Shown: positions 30,710 to 40,538, counted from the first letter of the stretch. The stretch is DNA of 64,000 nucleotides from an uncultured Clostridia bacterium (GCA_944350275.1 CALVOK010000016.1:10894-74893), one strand, 5' to 3'. Notes: generated by a model not told the origin, from the letters alone. A program made the numbers and translations.

Positions 30710-31685
30710 GAAAAAAGGTTTAGGAAGAGGACTTGAATCCCTTTTCGGAATTTACGATAATAGTAATGAAAACATAACTAATGAAAGTGTTAAAAACACT
30801 GAGGTGCAAGAAAAAAACACCGTAAATAACGTAAATAATAATGAAAATGTAATGGAACTTGAACTTAATATAATATATCCAAATCCAAATCAACCAAGAA
30901 AACATTTTGACGAAGAAGCATTACAAGAACTTGCAAGTTCTATAAAAATGCATGGTGTTATTCAACCTTTAGTAGTAAACAAAGAAAGCGACGGCAAATA
31001 CATGATTATAGCAGGAGAACGTAGATGGAGAGCCTCGAACATGGCTGGACTTGACAAGGTTCCTGTTGTAATAAAAAACTATACAGAAAAGCAAATAAAA
31101 GAAATTTCAATTATAGAAAATTTACAAAGAGAAGATTTAAACCCAATAGAAGCAGCGAGAGCAATAAAACAATTAATGGATGAATATAATTTAACTCAAG
31201 AAACAGTATCCGACAGAATAGGCAAAAGCAGATCATCAGTTGCAAATACACTAAGACTTTTAACTCTATATCCAGACGTCATAAAAATGATTGAAGATGG
31301 AAGATTATCAAGCGGTCATGCAAGAAGTTTAGTTGTAGTGGATGATACCAATCAACAAATAAAACTTGCAAAACAAGCAGCAGACGGAAAAATGTCTGTA
31401 AGAGAACTTGAAAAAGCGGTTAAAAATTATTTAAATCCACCAAAAAATGCTAGCACTAAAGTAAAAGAGCAATCACTTGAACTTAAAGAACTTATAAATG
31501 AAATGCAAAGAATATTCTCAACAAAAGTATCTGCAATTGGAAATGACACAAAAGGGAGAATTTATATAGATTATTATTCTAGAGATGACCTTGACAGACT
31601 TGCAGATTTAATGGAGTTATTAAAGAAAAAAGAAATAACTCTAGGAGACTTAAGAAACTATAATAAAAGACATCCAAATACATAG
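30702..31685 (+). CDS. parB: chromosome partitioning protein ParB/Spo0J
   Basis: N-terminal GLGRGLESLF, ParB box IAGERRWRA, HTH region (TQETVSDRIGKSRSSVANTLRLL). Overlaps parA by 8 nt. Confidence 0.92.
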   Translation: MDKKKGLGRGLESLFGIYDNSNENITNESVKNTEVQEKNTVNNVNNNENVMELELNIIYPNPNQPRKHFDEEALQELASSIKMHGVIQPLVVNKESDGKYMIIAGERRWRASNMAGLDKVPVVIKNYTEKQIKEISIIENLQREDLNPIEAARAIKQLMDEYNLTQETVSDRIGKSRSSVANTLRLLTLYPDVIKMIEDGRLSSGHARSLVVVDDTNQQIKLAKQAADGKMSVRELEKAVKNYLNPPKNASTKVKEQSLELKELINEMQRIFSTKVSAIGNDTKGRIYIDYYSRDDLDRLADLMELLKKKEITLGDLRNYNKRHPNT

Positions 31686-31691
31686 AAAGTT

Positions 31692-31718
31692 AAAAACACC
31701 TTGTATAAGGTGTTTTTT
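31692..31718 (+). terminator. rho-independent terminator after parB
   Basis: AAAAACACCTT pairs with AAGGTGTTTTT around a GTAT loop, followed by a T-run. Confidence 0.8.
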
Positions 31719-32539
31719 ATTGTCAGATAATCCCTGTCAGATAGTCAAGTATTAATTAATAATTACACCGATAAATATAAGAAACATAAAGCGAATAAGA
31801 AAGTAAAATAAAATTGATAAAATAAAAAAACGTAAAAGACAAAACAAAAAAAAATTATAAAAAAGAAGTTTTTAACTTATGTTTAGAAAACACACGATTT
31901 CTTGTCGCGCGTAATAAAGTATACATAAATAGCACCGTATTTATTTAGTCAGTATCCATTTAGCGCGAACGGAAAATACTTAAAACTACTACAAAACTCA
32001 TATTTTAGTAGTTCTTTAGAGGTAATAAAGCGAAAACCATTTACAACTCAAAAAATATTAGTTGATTATAATTCTTTTAATAAAAGTTTTATTATATCAA
32101 TTTATTAAATATGACTAGACAACTTGTATGCCAATTTTTTTACATTATTTATATATAATTGTTATTTACATATATAAATAAACTATCTAAACATTACAGT
32201 AAAGCAGGATAATAATAAAATAATCTAAACACTTCATTTATAGTTAATTTTAAGGACTTATATAAAATAAATTGGTAATTCTTTATATAGGTCTATAAAT
32301 TATAAAATATACAAATCATTTTAAATAATTTAACAATTTTTAGTATGAAAGACACAATCTAATATAAATGAATTATGCAAAACTTACTTTTATATAGGGT
32401 TTTACCAGATAATTATAATTTTAAAGAATAAAATAAGCAATAAAATCAATGCACTAATAAAAATATTTATAGTTCCTTTTAAAAAATGTTGTAATTAATC
32501 TATAGATTATAAATGAAATATGAACAGTCTAATTGTCAT

Positions 32540-32555
32540 TGTTTCACGTGAAACA
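32540..32555. promoter_or_regulatory. parS: parS centromere site 1
   Basis: TGTTTCACGTGAAACA, a perfect 16-bp palindrome matching the Firmicute parS consensus TGTTNCACGTGAAACA. Confidence 0.85.
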
Positions 32556-32586
32556 TAAACTTTGTAATATCCTATGTATTAATTAC

Positions 32587-32602
32587 TGTTTCACGTGAAA
32601 CA
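32587..32602. promoter_or_regulatory. parS: parS centromere site 2
   Basis: Identical TGTTTCACGTGAAACA, 47 bp from site 1. Confidence 0.85.
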
Positions 32603-32667
32603 ATAGTAGTTAAGTCAAAAAAATAATTACTGTCATAATAATTAAAATATTAACCTTTATATTTTAG

Positions 32668-32683
32668 TGTTTCACGTGAAACA
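32668..32683. promoter_or_regulatory. parS: parS centromere site 3
   Basis: Identical TGTTTCACGTGAAACA, 81 bp from site 2. Confidence 0.85.
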
Positions 32684-33057
32684 AATATATTTTAACTAAA
32701 ATCCATTTAAGAAATACAGATGTTTCCGCTATAATAATAAAAAAAAATATAAGAGTGCAAAATAACTTTTTTAATTATTTTTAAGAAAAGTCAATATAAA
32801 AATGAATATCATTAAATAAATCTAAATTTAATAATATTTCAAACTTGTTAATTGTGTTATATTAATATTGTTAAAAAAAGAATATTGAAATGTTTTGTAT
32901 ATATAAATGTATTTTAAAAAAAGAAATCCGCGACTCTCTTAAAAAAACTTATTTATTAGTCAAAAATATAATAGGTGCATACAATAATTTAAACTAAAAT
33001 TCTTAATTACCAAAACTTCTTTTATTAAATGATTTATTAAAAAAAGTTAAAAAACAT

Positions 33058-33087
33058 TTGTAAAATGGTGTTATTGTGTGATATAAT
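33058..33087 (+). promoter_or_regulatory. candidate promoter of rubrerythrin gene
   Basis: TTGTAA (33058-33063), 18 nt, TATAAT (33082-33087). SD GGAGGT lies 8 nt before ATG 33108. Confidence 0.4.
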
Positions 33088-33107
33088 AAGTCTGGAGGTA
33101 AAATAAA

Positions 33108-33650
33108 ATGAAAGAATTAAAAGGTTCTAAGACTGAAAAGAATTTAATGGAAGCATTTGCTGGTGAGAGCCAAGCAAGAAATAAATATACATATTATGCT
33201 TCTAAGGCTAAAAAGGAAGGATATGAACAAATAGCAAGCATATTTGAAGAAACTGCTAATAACGAAAAAGAACACGCAAAACTATGGTTTAAGGCACTAA
33301 ATGGTGGTGATATTAAAACAACACTTGAAAATCTACTGGATGCTGCTGCAGGCGAACATGGTGAATGGACTGACATGTATGCTAGAATGGCTAAAGAAGC
33401 AAAAGACGAGGGATTTGATGAACTCGCTTATAAATTTTCGGCCGTTGGCGAAATAGAAAAAAGACACGAGGAAAGATATAAGAAACTTGCTGAACTGGTA
33501 AGAGAAAAGAAAGTTTTTAAGAAAACAGATAAAAAAATCTGGATTTGCAGAAATTGTGGACATATATATGTTGGAGATTCTGCTCCTAAAGTTTGTCCAG
33601 TTTGCAATCATCCTGAAGCATTCTTTGAAATATTTGTTGAAGAGTTTTAG
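33108..33650 (+). CDS. rbr: rubrerythrin
   Basis: N-terminal ferritin-like diiron domain ([50 protein letters not shown]) plus a C-terminal rubredoxin-like CxxC…CxxC (CRNCGH…CPVCNHP). Confidence 0.9.
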   Translation: MKELKGSKTEKNLMEAFAGESQARNKYTYYASKAKKEGYEQIASIFEETANNEKEHAKLWFKALNGGDIKTTLENLLDAAAGEHGEWTDMYARMAKEAKDEGFDELAYKFSAVGEIEKRHEERYKKLAELVREKKVFKKTDKKIWICRNCGHIYVGDSAPKVCPVCNHPEAFFEIFVEEF

Positions 33651-33685
33651 ACTATAAAACTTAAAAGTAATTAATTCCATAAATA

Positions 33686-33717
33686 AAAAGATACAATTTT
33701 ACATTGTATCTTTTTTT
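33686..33717 (+). terminator. rho-independent terminator after rbr
   Basis: AAAAGATACAAT pairs with ATTGTATCTTTT around a 5-nt loop, followed by a T7 run. Confidence 0.8.
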
Positions 33718-34609
33718 ATGCGCTGTATAAATATTTTTATAAAGTCTATAAAAGTCACTATAGTTGTTTAAAGTTTTTATTTATTAAGTGGAAATAAAAT
33801 CTGATGCATCAAAATTATATTTAATTAAAACTGGTAGTTTACACTCTGTGCTTTAACGTGCTTTACTATTATTCGGAAACAAGGTGTAAATTTAACCTAT
33901 CTAAATTATGACATCATATAGTTATATTGAAACTCATTATATATTTTTGTAAATAAGATGTGCATTTTATCTATGCACTATGAAAAATGTTTACTTCAAT
34001 ATAGTGTTTTTCTTGTTGATAAAACTTTAGAATCAATTATTTCAATGTTACAATCAATTGGTTACATATGTTAAAAAACATAACTTGTTTGTAAAACAAG
34101 ACTGATGACCAAGTATATTACGTGGGAAATATGTGAAGTCACAATTCAATAAAAATAAAATAAGTTTGATGTTAACAAAATTTTAAAGGTTTACTTTTTT
34201 ATATATTAGAATGCTAGTATATGTCCGTCTATCAAAAAAAGTAATTTACTTTTGAATAAAATCCTGTTCATAAACGTTTACAGTCTCTATTAAGTTTTAA
34301 ATCACTTTATATGTTTTGTTTGCATTATGCTCAAACTTATAAGATAAAGAATATCCATTTACTTAATAAAATATTTATCCTTTCGTTTTGTGGGTGTAAA
34401 AATTAAAGACTTATCTTTACTAGTTTTTAAAATATGCTTATTTTATGACGAACATTTCATATTGCATATATTTTTAAAGAAGAACTAATAAAAATCTAAA
34501 AATCGACATTTTCAAACAATTATTTACATAAATTTATTTCGTAAATAATAAAAATAGTTGTATACTATTCTTGTCTTTTAAAACAAAGACTTAAAAGCGA
34601 GGTCGGAAA

Positions 34610-34924
34610 ATGAAAAACGACATATTAAAAGCATTAGCAACAAAGGCTAAAAACAGATTGATTAATAAAAACTTAAGGAATACATACAGTAACATTGATA
34701 TAAAGATAATAAGCGAAAATGACGAAGCATTCTATAATAAAGTAAAAGAAATAGTAAATGAAGAAGAATTTGTATATAATCCTATTAAAAGATTAATGGA
34801 TGAAGATAAAATGTCAAGAATGACTCCTCGAGAAAAGGAAAAGTATTTACTCGAAACTATAGAAAAGTATCAGGCTGCCAGACGTAAGATTTACGCTGAA
34901 CAAAGCAAAAATGCAGTAATATAG
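34610..34924 (+). CDS. hypothetical small basic protein (104 aa)
   Basis: Isolated ORF in the gene desert with SD GAGGT 7 nt upstream. Lys/Glu-rich, with no motif I recognise. Confidence 0.45.
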   Translation: MKNDILKALATKAKNRLINKNLRNTYSNIDIKIISENDEAFYNKVKEIVNEEEFVYNPIKRLMDEDKMSRMTPREKEKYLLETIEKYQAARRKIYAEQSKNAVI

Positions 34925-36058
34925 TCTTTTAAACCTAATTTAATTTTACTGGTTAAATTCACCATTTATTTAAATGTTTACTTTTCTAAAAATCATTTAT
35001 AATCTTATTCATTTACTTATATAAAATAACATAAAATATTTTTCGTGTTTAAAACTTTTTTGGTCAATTATATAAACTAATTTCATTATTTTTTCAAAAG
35101 ATTATCTGTTTTATATCACCTAAATGATTTTAAACAAATATATAATTCACACTTGTACTATTCTTTATTTAATGTTTTCCATCAAAATGCAATCTTACGT
35201 TAGTAATGTTTATTTCTTTAATTATTAATCATTTTAAATTAGTTATTAAAATATAACTAATTAACCTATTTAATGAGATTTAGAACATATTTTTAAATGA
35301 TATGTAATTTATTGTAACACTATAAATTGTCTTTATCTTTTGTATTGAAAGTTATGGTCTGCCTATTGGGTTACGAATATTTTTAATTACTATAATTTCA
35401 CATTTGAATATATTTGATTTTATGTTCTAAATCAAAATAAAATTAGTAACATAATTATATAATACAGTTAGTGCATCATCAGATATTAAATTAGTTATTT
35501 GAATAAAACGAAAATAATTAAACTTAATGGTGATATGGTTTATTATAGACATTATCTATATGTGTATAAAATAAATTGATTTAAAATTTATTTCTAAATG
35601 TATTTTTATTAATATATTCAAACTATATTTATCATTCAAACCATATTTGACAGAAGTCGCACTCGAATGCAATAGAAGAACTAATGAATGCTTGTACCGC
35701 AAAAATATATTTAATAATTAATATTTAATAAAACTGTATATTAACGAATTTTAAAATTAAAAAGTTTTAATTTAGCAAATTTTTATTTAGAACTCGTTAT
35801 AACTGTAATTAATAAAAACTTACTTTGCCATCATATTAAATATTTTTTATGAAGAATTTTAAAGTATAATGTATCATTTTCTTTACAATATAGTTATGTT
35901 TTATCATGTATTTACTAATTATTTTTTAAAAATATATTTTTTTATTTTATCATTCTTTTTAACAATAAACTTTATTTAATTAAAGTTATTTTGTTATGCA
36001 AAATTTTCTTCTTATGTTTATTTTTATTTTAAAATAAATTTATTTTTTTTATTAAATA

Positions 36059-36067
36059 TGTTATAAT
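36059..36067 (+). promoter_or_regulatory. extended -10 promoter placed for a leaderless mnmE transcript
   Basis: TGtTATAAT (36059-36067), then exactly 6 nt (TAATAC) before ATG 36074. No SD. Confidence 0.5.
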
Positions 36068-36073
36068 TAATAC

Positions 36074-37414
36074 ATGAATGATATTATATGTGCAATTTCC
36101 ACTCCTCTTGGTAAAGGTGCAATTTCTATTGTAAGAATGAGTGGGCAAGGGTGTTTAGATATTGCCAAAAAGTTGTTTACTTCAAAAAATTTAGATTATT
36201 CAAATATAATTCCTAGAATGTTATATCTTGGATATTTTTGTTTTGACGATAATACTAAAGAACATTGTATGATGGTCTACTTTAAATCTCCAAAATCTTA
36301 TACAGGTGAAGATTTAATAGAATTTCATGTTCATGGTGGCACTATTGTAACACAAAAGGTTTTGAATCAACTTATTTCTAAAGGAACAACTCTTGCATTG
36401 CCAGGAGAATTTTCTCGTAGAGCATTTGAAAATGGGAAAATTAGTTTGGACCAAGCAGAAAATATCATTGATGAAATAAATGCGGAAAGTGAGGGTGAAC
36501 TAAAGGTTTCTTTAAATCTTTCAACAGGTAAACTTAAAAGGAAAATCAATAGTCTGCAAAATTCTTTAACTGAAAATATTGCTCAAATTGAGGCTACTCT
36601 TGATTATCCTGAAGAAGATTTTGAAAAGTCAGCAAAAGATAGTATATTTAAAAATTTAAAGATGATTGATGAACAAATTTCTTTGCTTATTAATGAATCA
36701 AAAAGTTCAAAATACTTGTCAAAGGGGATTAATATTGCCATTGTTGGCAGTCCAAATGTTGGTAAATCAAGTTTACTTAATGCCTTAATTGGTGAAGAAA
36801 GAGCAATTGTAACAAACATTGAGGGTACTACACGGGATACTTTAAATGAAACAATTAGTTACAAAGGAATAAATTTAAATTTTATAGATACGGCTGGTAT
36901 AAGAGATTCAGAGGATATAGTTGAAAAAATAGGAATTGAAAAATCAAAAAAATCTTTAACAAATGCAGATGTTATCTTATTTGTTTTAGATGGTAGTAAA
37001 AAGATGTCAGAAGAGGATAAGTCTATACAAAAATTGCTGATAGACAATAACAATGTATTAACAGTTATTAACAAAACTGACAAAAAACGAATTTTAGAAA
37101 AACAAAAAAATGAAATTGAGGTTTCTGCTCTAAAGGAAACTAATATTAATGTTATTAAAGAAAAAATTTATAAAATGTTAATAAATGAACAAATTGATTA
37201 CAATAAAATGATAATTATAAATGAACGTCAATTAAATATACTTGAAAATTGTAAAAAAATACTAACTAAACTTTTTGATGATAAACAACAAAGTATGGAT
37301 ATTATAGCCATGCTTATTAAAAACCTTTGGAATGAACTTGGGAAAATTACAGGTCAATCAGAAAATGAACAAATTATAGATTTGATTTTTTCCAAATTTT
37401 GTTTAGGAAAGTGA
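36074..37414 (+). CDS. mnmE: tRNA modification GTPase MnmE/TrmE
   Basis: G-domain motifs (GSPNVGKSSLLNAL, DTAG, NKTD) and the C-terminal FCLGK motif, followed directly by a TGA stop. Confidence 0.93.
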   Translation: MNDIICAISTPLGKGAISIVRMSGQGCLDIAKKLFTSKNLDYSNIIPRMLYLGYFCFDDNTKEHCMMVYFKSPKSYTGEDLIEFHVHGGTIVTQKVLNQLISKGTTLALPGEFSRRAFENGKISLDQAENIIDEINAESEGELKVSLNLSTGKLKRKINSLQNSLTENIAQIEATLDYPEEDFEKSAKDSIFKNLKMIDEQISLLINESKSSKYLSKGINIAIVGSPNVGKSSLLNALIGEERAIVTNIEGTTRDTLNETISYKGINLNFIDTAGIRDSEDIVEKIGIEKSKKSLTNADVILFVLDGSKKMSEEDKSIQKLLIDNNNVLTVINKTDKKRILEKQKNEIEVSALKETNINVIKEKIYKMLINEQIDYNKMIIINERQLNILENCKKILTKLFDDKQQSMDIIAMLIKNLWNELGKITGQSENEQIIDLIFSKFCLGK

Positions 37415-37430
37415 TTAAATAAGGATTAAT

Positions 37431-38132
37431 ATGAAAGAATTAATAAAAAATACTTTTGAAAAATATAATATTAGACTCAATGAAACTCAAATAAATCAAT
37501 TTTTTATTTATTATAATTTTCTTGTCGAAGAAAATGAGAAATATAATTTAACTGCTATCACAAAACCTCTGGAAGTTATTGTTAAACATTTTGTGGATAG
37601 CATTTTACCTTATAAAAACATTAAAGAAAATTCACTTTTAATTGATGTTGGCACAGGTGCTGGTTTTCCTGGTATTCCTCTCAAAATTTTAAGAAATGAT
37701 ATTAAATTAACATTATTAGACAGTCTTCAAAAGCGAATCAATTTTTTAAATATCTTAATTGAAAAACTTAATATAAATGACGTTTTAACTATACATGCTA
37801 GAGTCGAAGACTTTTGCCGTGATAATAGAGAAAAATATGATTATGCATTATCAAGAGCAGTTGCTTCTGTGCCTACTTTATCTGAATATCTTTTGCCTTT
37901 GGTTAAAGTGGGTGGTTATGCTGTAATGTATAAGAGTGAAAAATTAGAAAGTGAAATAGAACTTGGTAAAAAAGCAATTATCACTCTTGGAGGAGAAATA
38001 GATAGAGTGGAAGAATTTTTTCTTGAAGATTTTAATAGCACACGAAAAATTCTTTTTATAAAAAAATCTTTTCATACTGACAAAAAGTATCCTAGACCTA
38101 AAAACCTACCAAAATCAAAACCAATTTTATAA
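37431..38132 (+). CDS. rsmG: 16S rRNA (guanine527-N7)-methyltransferase RsmG/GidB
   Basis: SAM-binding motif IDVGTGAGFPGIPLKI and typical RsmG length and context directly after mnmE. Confidence 0.9.
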   Translation: MKELIKNTFEKYNIRLNETQINQFFIYYNFLVEENEKYNLTAITKPLEVIVKHFVDSILPYKNIKENSLLIDVGTGAGFPGIPLKILRNDIKLTLLDSLQKRINFLNILIEKLNINDVLTIHARVEDFCRDNREKYDYALSRAVASVPTLSEYLLPLVKVGGYAVMYKSEKLESEIELGKKAIITLGGEIDRVEEFFLEDFNSTRKILFIKKSFHTDKKYPRPKNLPKSKPIL

Positions 38133-38217
38133 TATATACTAAATATTAATAATTTTTATTAAAAAAATTTGATTTTAAACATATTTTTTATATAATTAAT
38201 TTAAGAGAGGTACATTT

Positions 38218-38751
38218 ATGAAAAAAAATTATTTTAAAGATTCTAAAGAAGTTTACTTTGCAAAATGTAATGAAAACGCTATTATACCAAACAAAGAAGA
38301 GGAAAATGCAGGTTATGACATCTATGCTTGCTTTAATGAGGATTATATTGAAGTACAACCTTTAGAAACTAAACTAATTCCTACAGGAATATCTTGGGCT
38401 TGCAGTCCTCTTTATTATATGCAAATAGAAGAACGATCTAGCACGGGCATCAAAGGTATTAAGCGAAGTGCAGGGGTAATTGATAGCGGATATAGAGGAG
38501 AAATAAAAATTGCAATAACAAATGTAAATAATAAACCACTCATTATATCTAACATTGAAGAAAGTCAACTAAGAAATAAATATAACATATTTAATGATAT
38601 TTTGTTCTATAGTACCAAAAAGGCAATTGCTCAGGGTATTATTCATAAAGTAGAAAAAATGAATATAAAAGAAATTCCTATTGATGAACTTTTATCTATA
38701 CCTTCTTCCAGAGGAGATAAAGGATTTGGTAGCACAAATTTAAAAAAATAG
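38218..38751 (+). CDS. dut: dUTP diphosphatase
   Basis: Trimeric dUTPase motifs AGYDIYA, GVIDSGYRGEI and the C-terminal RGDKGFGSTN. Confidence 0.85.
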   Translation: MKKNYFKDSKEVYFAKCNENAIIPNKEEENAGYDIYACFNEDYIEVQPLETKLIPTGISWACSPLYYMQIEERSSTGIKGIKRSAGVIDSGYRGEIKIAITNVNNKPLIISNIEESQLRNKYNIFNDILFYSTKKAIAQGIIHKVEKMNIKEIPIDELLSIPSSRGDKGFGSTNLKK

Positions 38752-39023
38752 GATTTTTATCCTTTTATTTTTTAACTCTTTATAAAAATTTTTTAATATT
38801 TTTATATAGGTTTATCTTGTACATTCAAATATTCAAAGACATTTTTAAAACTCAAATTAAATAGTTTTATTATCACAAGTCAAACACTTAAGGGCGAGAC
38901 TGAAGGTAATTTGTATAAAGTAATGACAAGATAAAGTCCACTTTTCAAAAAAAATTAAATAAAATCTCACGTCAATAAACTTTTAACATCACATTTTTTA
39001 TATTATTTGTTTAGTTTTTTCTA

Positions 39024-39052
39024 TTGACTTTTTTATTTTTCAAAACTATAAT
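39024..39052 (+). promoter_or_regulatory. candidate dnaA promoter
   Basis: TTGACT (39024-39029), 17 nt, TATAAT (39047-39052). SD AAGGAG at 39059-39064 and ATG at 39071. Confidence 0.5.
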
Positions 39053-39070
39053 TATTCTAAGGAGAAATTT

Positions 39071-40429
39071 ATGCAAGATTTAACTTCATTATGGGAATCT
39101 GTTTTAAATAAACTTGAACTTAATGTCTCAAATGTTTCATTTGTTATGTGGTTTAAACCTTTAAAAGTCGTTGACTTTGTAGATGGTAAAAAATTAATTA
39201 TAGCATCCAATTCTACATCTGCTAAAAATCAAATAATGAGAAATTATTTTGATAAACTTTCAAAATCTGTAGAGGATGTCTTTGGAGAAAATATAGAAAT
39301 AAGTATTCTAGATCAAAACGAAGAACTTGAATATATTAAACAAAATGGTGATAAAACAAAAGAAAAAGAGGTTGAAGTAACAAAAAATCCTTTCAATGCA
39401 AAATACACATTTGATAACTTTGTTGTCGGTAAATCAAATCAGTTCGTTTATGCTGCTGCAAGAGCCATTGCAGAACATCCCGGAGAAAAATTTAATCCTC
39501 TTTTTATATATGGTGGTGTAGGATTAGGAAAAACTCATCTTCTTCATGCAATTGGAAATTTTTTAAAGGAATCAAATCCTAATCTTAATGTTTTATATGT
39601 TACCTGTGAACAGTTTGCAAATGATTACATTGAAAGTCTAGGTTCTGCCCCTTCTTCTAAAAGTAAAGCAGTACTTCAATTTAGAACAAAATATAGAAAT
39701 TTAGATGTTTTAATGGTTGATGATATTCAATTTATATCAAAAAAAACTAGCACTCAAGAGGAATTCTTTTATACTTTCAATGAGTTGTATCAAAATAATA
39801 AACAAATTGTTATCACTTCTGACCGACCACCTCGAGATATAGAAACACTTACAGACAGACTTCGCTCGCGTTTTACCAGTGGTCTTATCCAAGATATTCA
39901 GTCTCCTGACCTTGAAACAAAAATTGCCATTTTAAGAAAAAAATGTCAAATAGAAAAATACTCTATAGATGATGAGGCTATCTATACCATTGCAGAAAAT
40001 GTAAATTCTAATATAAGAGAACTAGAAGGTATGCTTTCAAAAGTATACTTTTTGGCGAGCCTATCTAATAAACATACTGCAACCAAAGAAGACGTTATGG
40101 AAGCAATAGACAGTCAAATAGAAGAGGATAAAAATGAAGGATTAACAACAGATGATATAATTGATGCAGTGTGTAAGTATTTCGACATTACAAGAGCAGA
40201 TATAGTAGGTAAAAAGAAATCTAAAGAAGTTGTCGAACCTCGTATGATAGCAATTTATCTGATTATTGAAATCCTTGAAATACCACTAATTTCTGTTGGA
40301 AAAATTTTTGGAGGTAGAGATCATTCTACAATAGGTCACTCTAGAGATAAAATTGCTGACCAAATTAAAACTTCACACAAAACTCAAACTTTTATAAGTG
40401 AAATAAAAAAAATGTTGAAAGGTGGATAA
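39071..40429 (+). CDS. dnaA: chromosomal replication initiator DnaA
   Basis: AAA+ Walker A (GGVGLGKTHLLHAIGN), Walker B (LMVDDIQF), sensor/arginine regions, and the C-terminal DNA-binding domain (GGRDHSTIGHSRDKI). Confidence 0.97.
   Translation: MQDLTSLWESVLNKLELNVSNVSFVMWFKPLKVVDFVDGKKLIIASNSTSAKNQIMRNYFDKLSKSVEDVFGENIEISILDQNEELEYIKQNGDKTKEKEVEVTKNPFNAKYTFDNFVVGKSNQFVYAAARAIAEHPGEKFNPLFIYGGVGLGKTHLLHAIGNFLKESNPNLNVLYVTCEQFANDYIESLGSAPSSKSKAVLQFRTKYRNLDVLMVDDIQFISKKTSTQEEFFYTFNELYQNNKQIVITSDRPPRDIETLTDRLRSRFTSGLIQDIQSPDLETKIAILRKKCQIEKYSIDDEAIYTIAENVNSNIRELEGMLSKVYFLASLSNKHTATKEDVMEAIDSQIEEDKNEGLTTDDIIDAVCKYFDITRADIVGKKKSKEVVEPRMIAIYLIIEILEIPLISVGKIFGGRDHSTIGHSRDKIADQIKTSHKTQTFISEIKKMLKGG
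40421..40429 (-). promoter_or_regulatory. DnaA box, 8/9 (TTATCCACC)
   Basis: GGTGGATAA on the + strand, overlapping the dnaA stop codon. Confidence 0.5.
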
Positions 40430-40430
40430 A

Positions 40431-40439
40431 TTATCCAAT
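40431..40439 (+). promoter_or_regulatory. DnaA box-like, 7/9 (TTATCCAAT)
   Basis: Adjacent to and inverted relative to the 40421 box. Confidence 0.35.
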
Positions 40440-40451
40440 CTATACCCATAG

Positions 40452-40460
40452 TTATCCACA
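40452..40460 (+). promoter_or_regulatory. DnaA box, perfect TTATCCACA
   Basis: Exact 9-mer consensus in the dnaA-dnaN spacer. Confidence 0.8.
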
Positions 40461-40538
40461 TTAAATTTAGTTTAAATATTAAATTAAATTTCTTTTAAAT
40501 AAAGGCTAATAATTAATTTAAATTATTAAAAAATAAAG

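Noticed and set aside
32540-32683. Possibility that the three 16-bp repeats form a mini CRISPR array
   Set aside because: The repeats are perfect palindromes identical to the parS consensus. Spacing is irregular (31 and 65 bp), there are only three copies, and no cas genes are present.
33194-33680. Minus-strand ORFs antisense to rubrerythrin (33194..33376, 33333..33680)
   Set aside because: They lie opposite a gene with unmistakable rubrerythrin motifs and have no start context.
38752-39070. Upstream DnaA-box cluster (bipartite origin) between dut and dnaA
   Set aside because: The best candidates (TTATCACAA, TTATCCTTT) have about 3 mismatches, so I am not calling boxes here.
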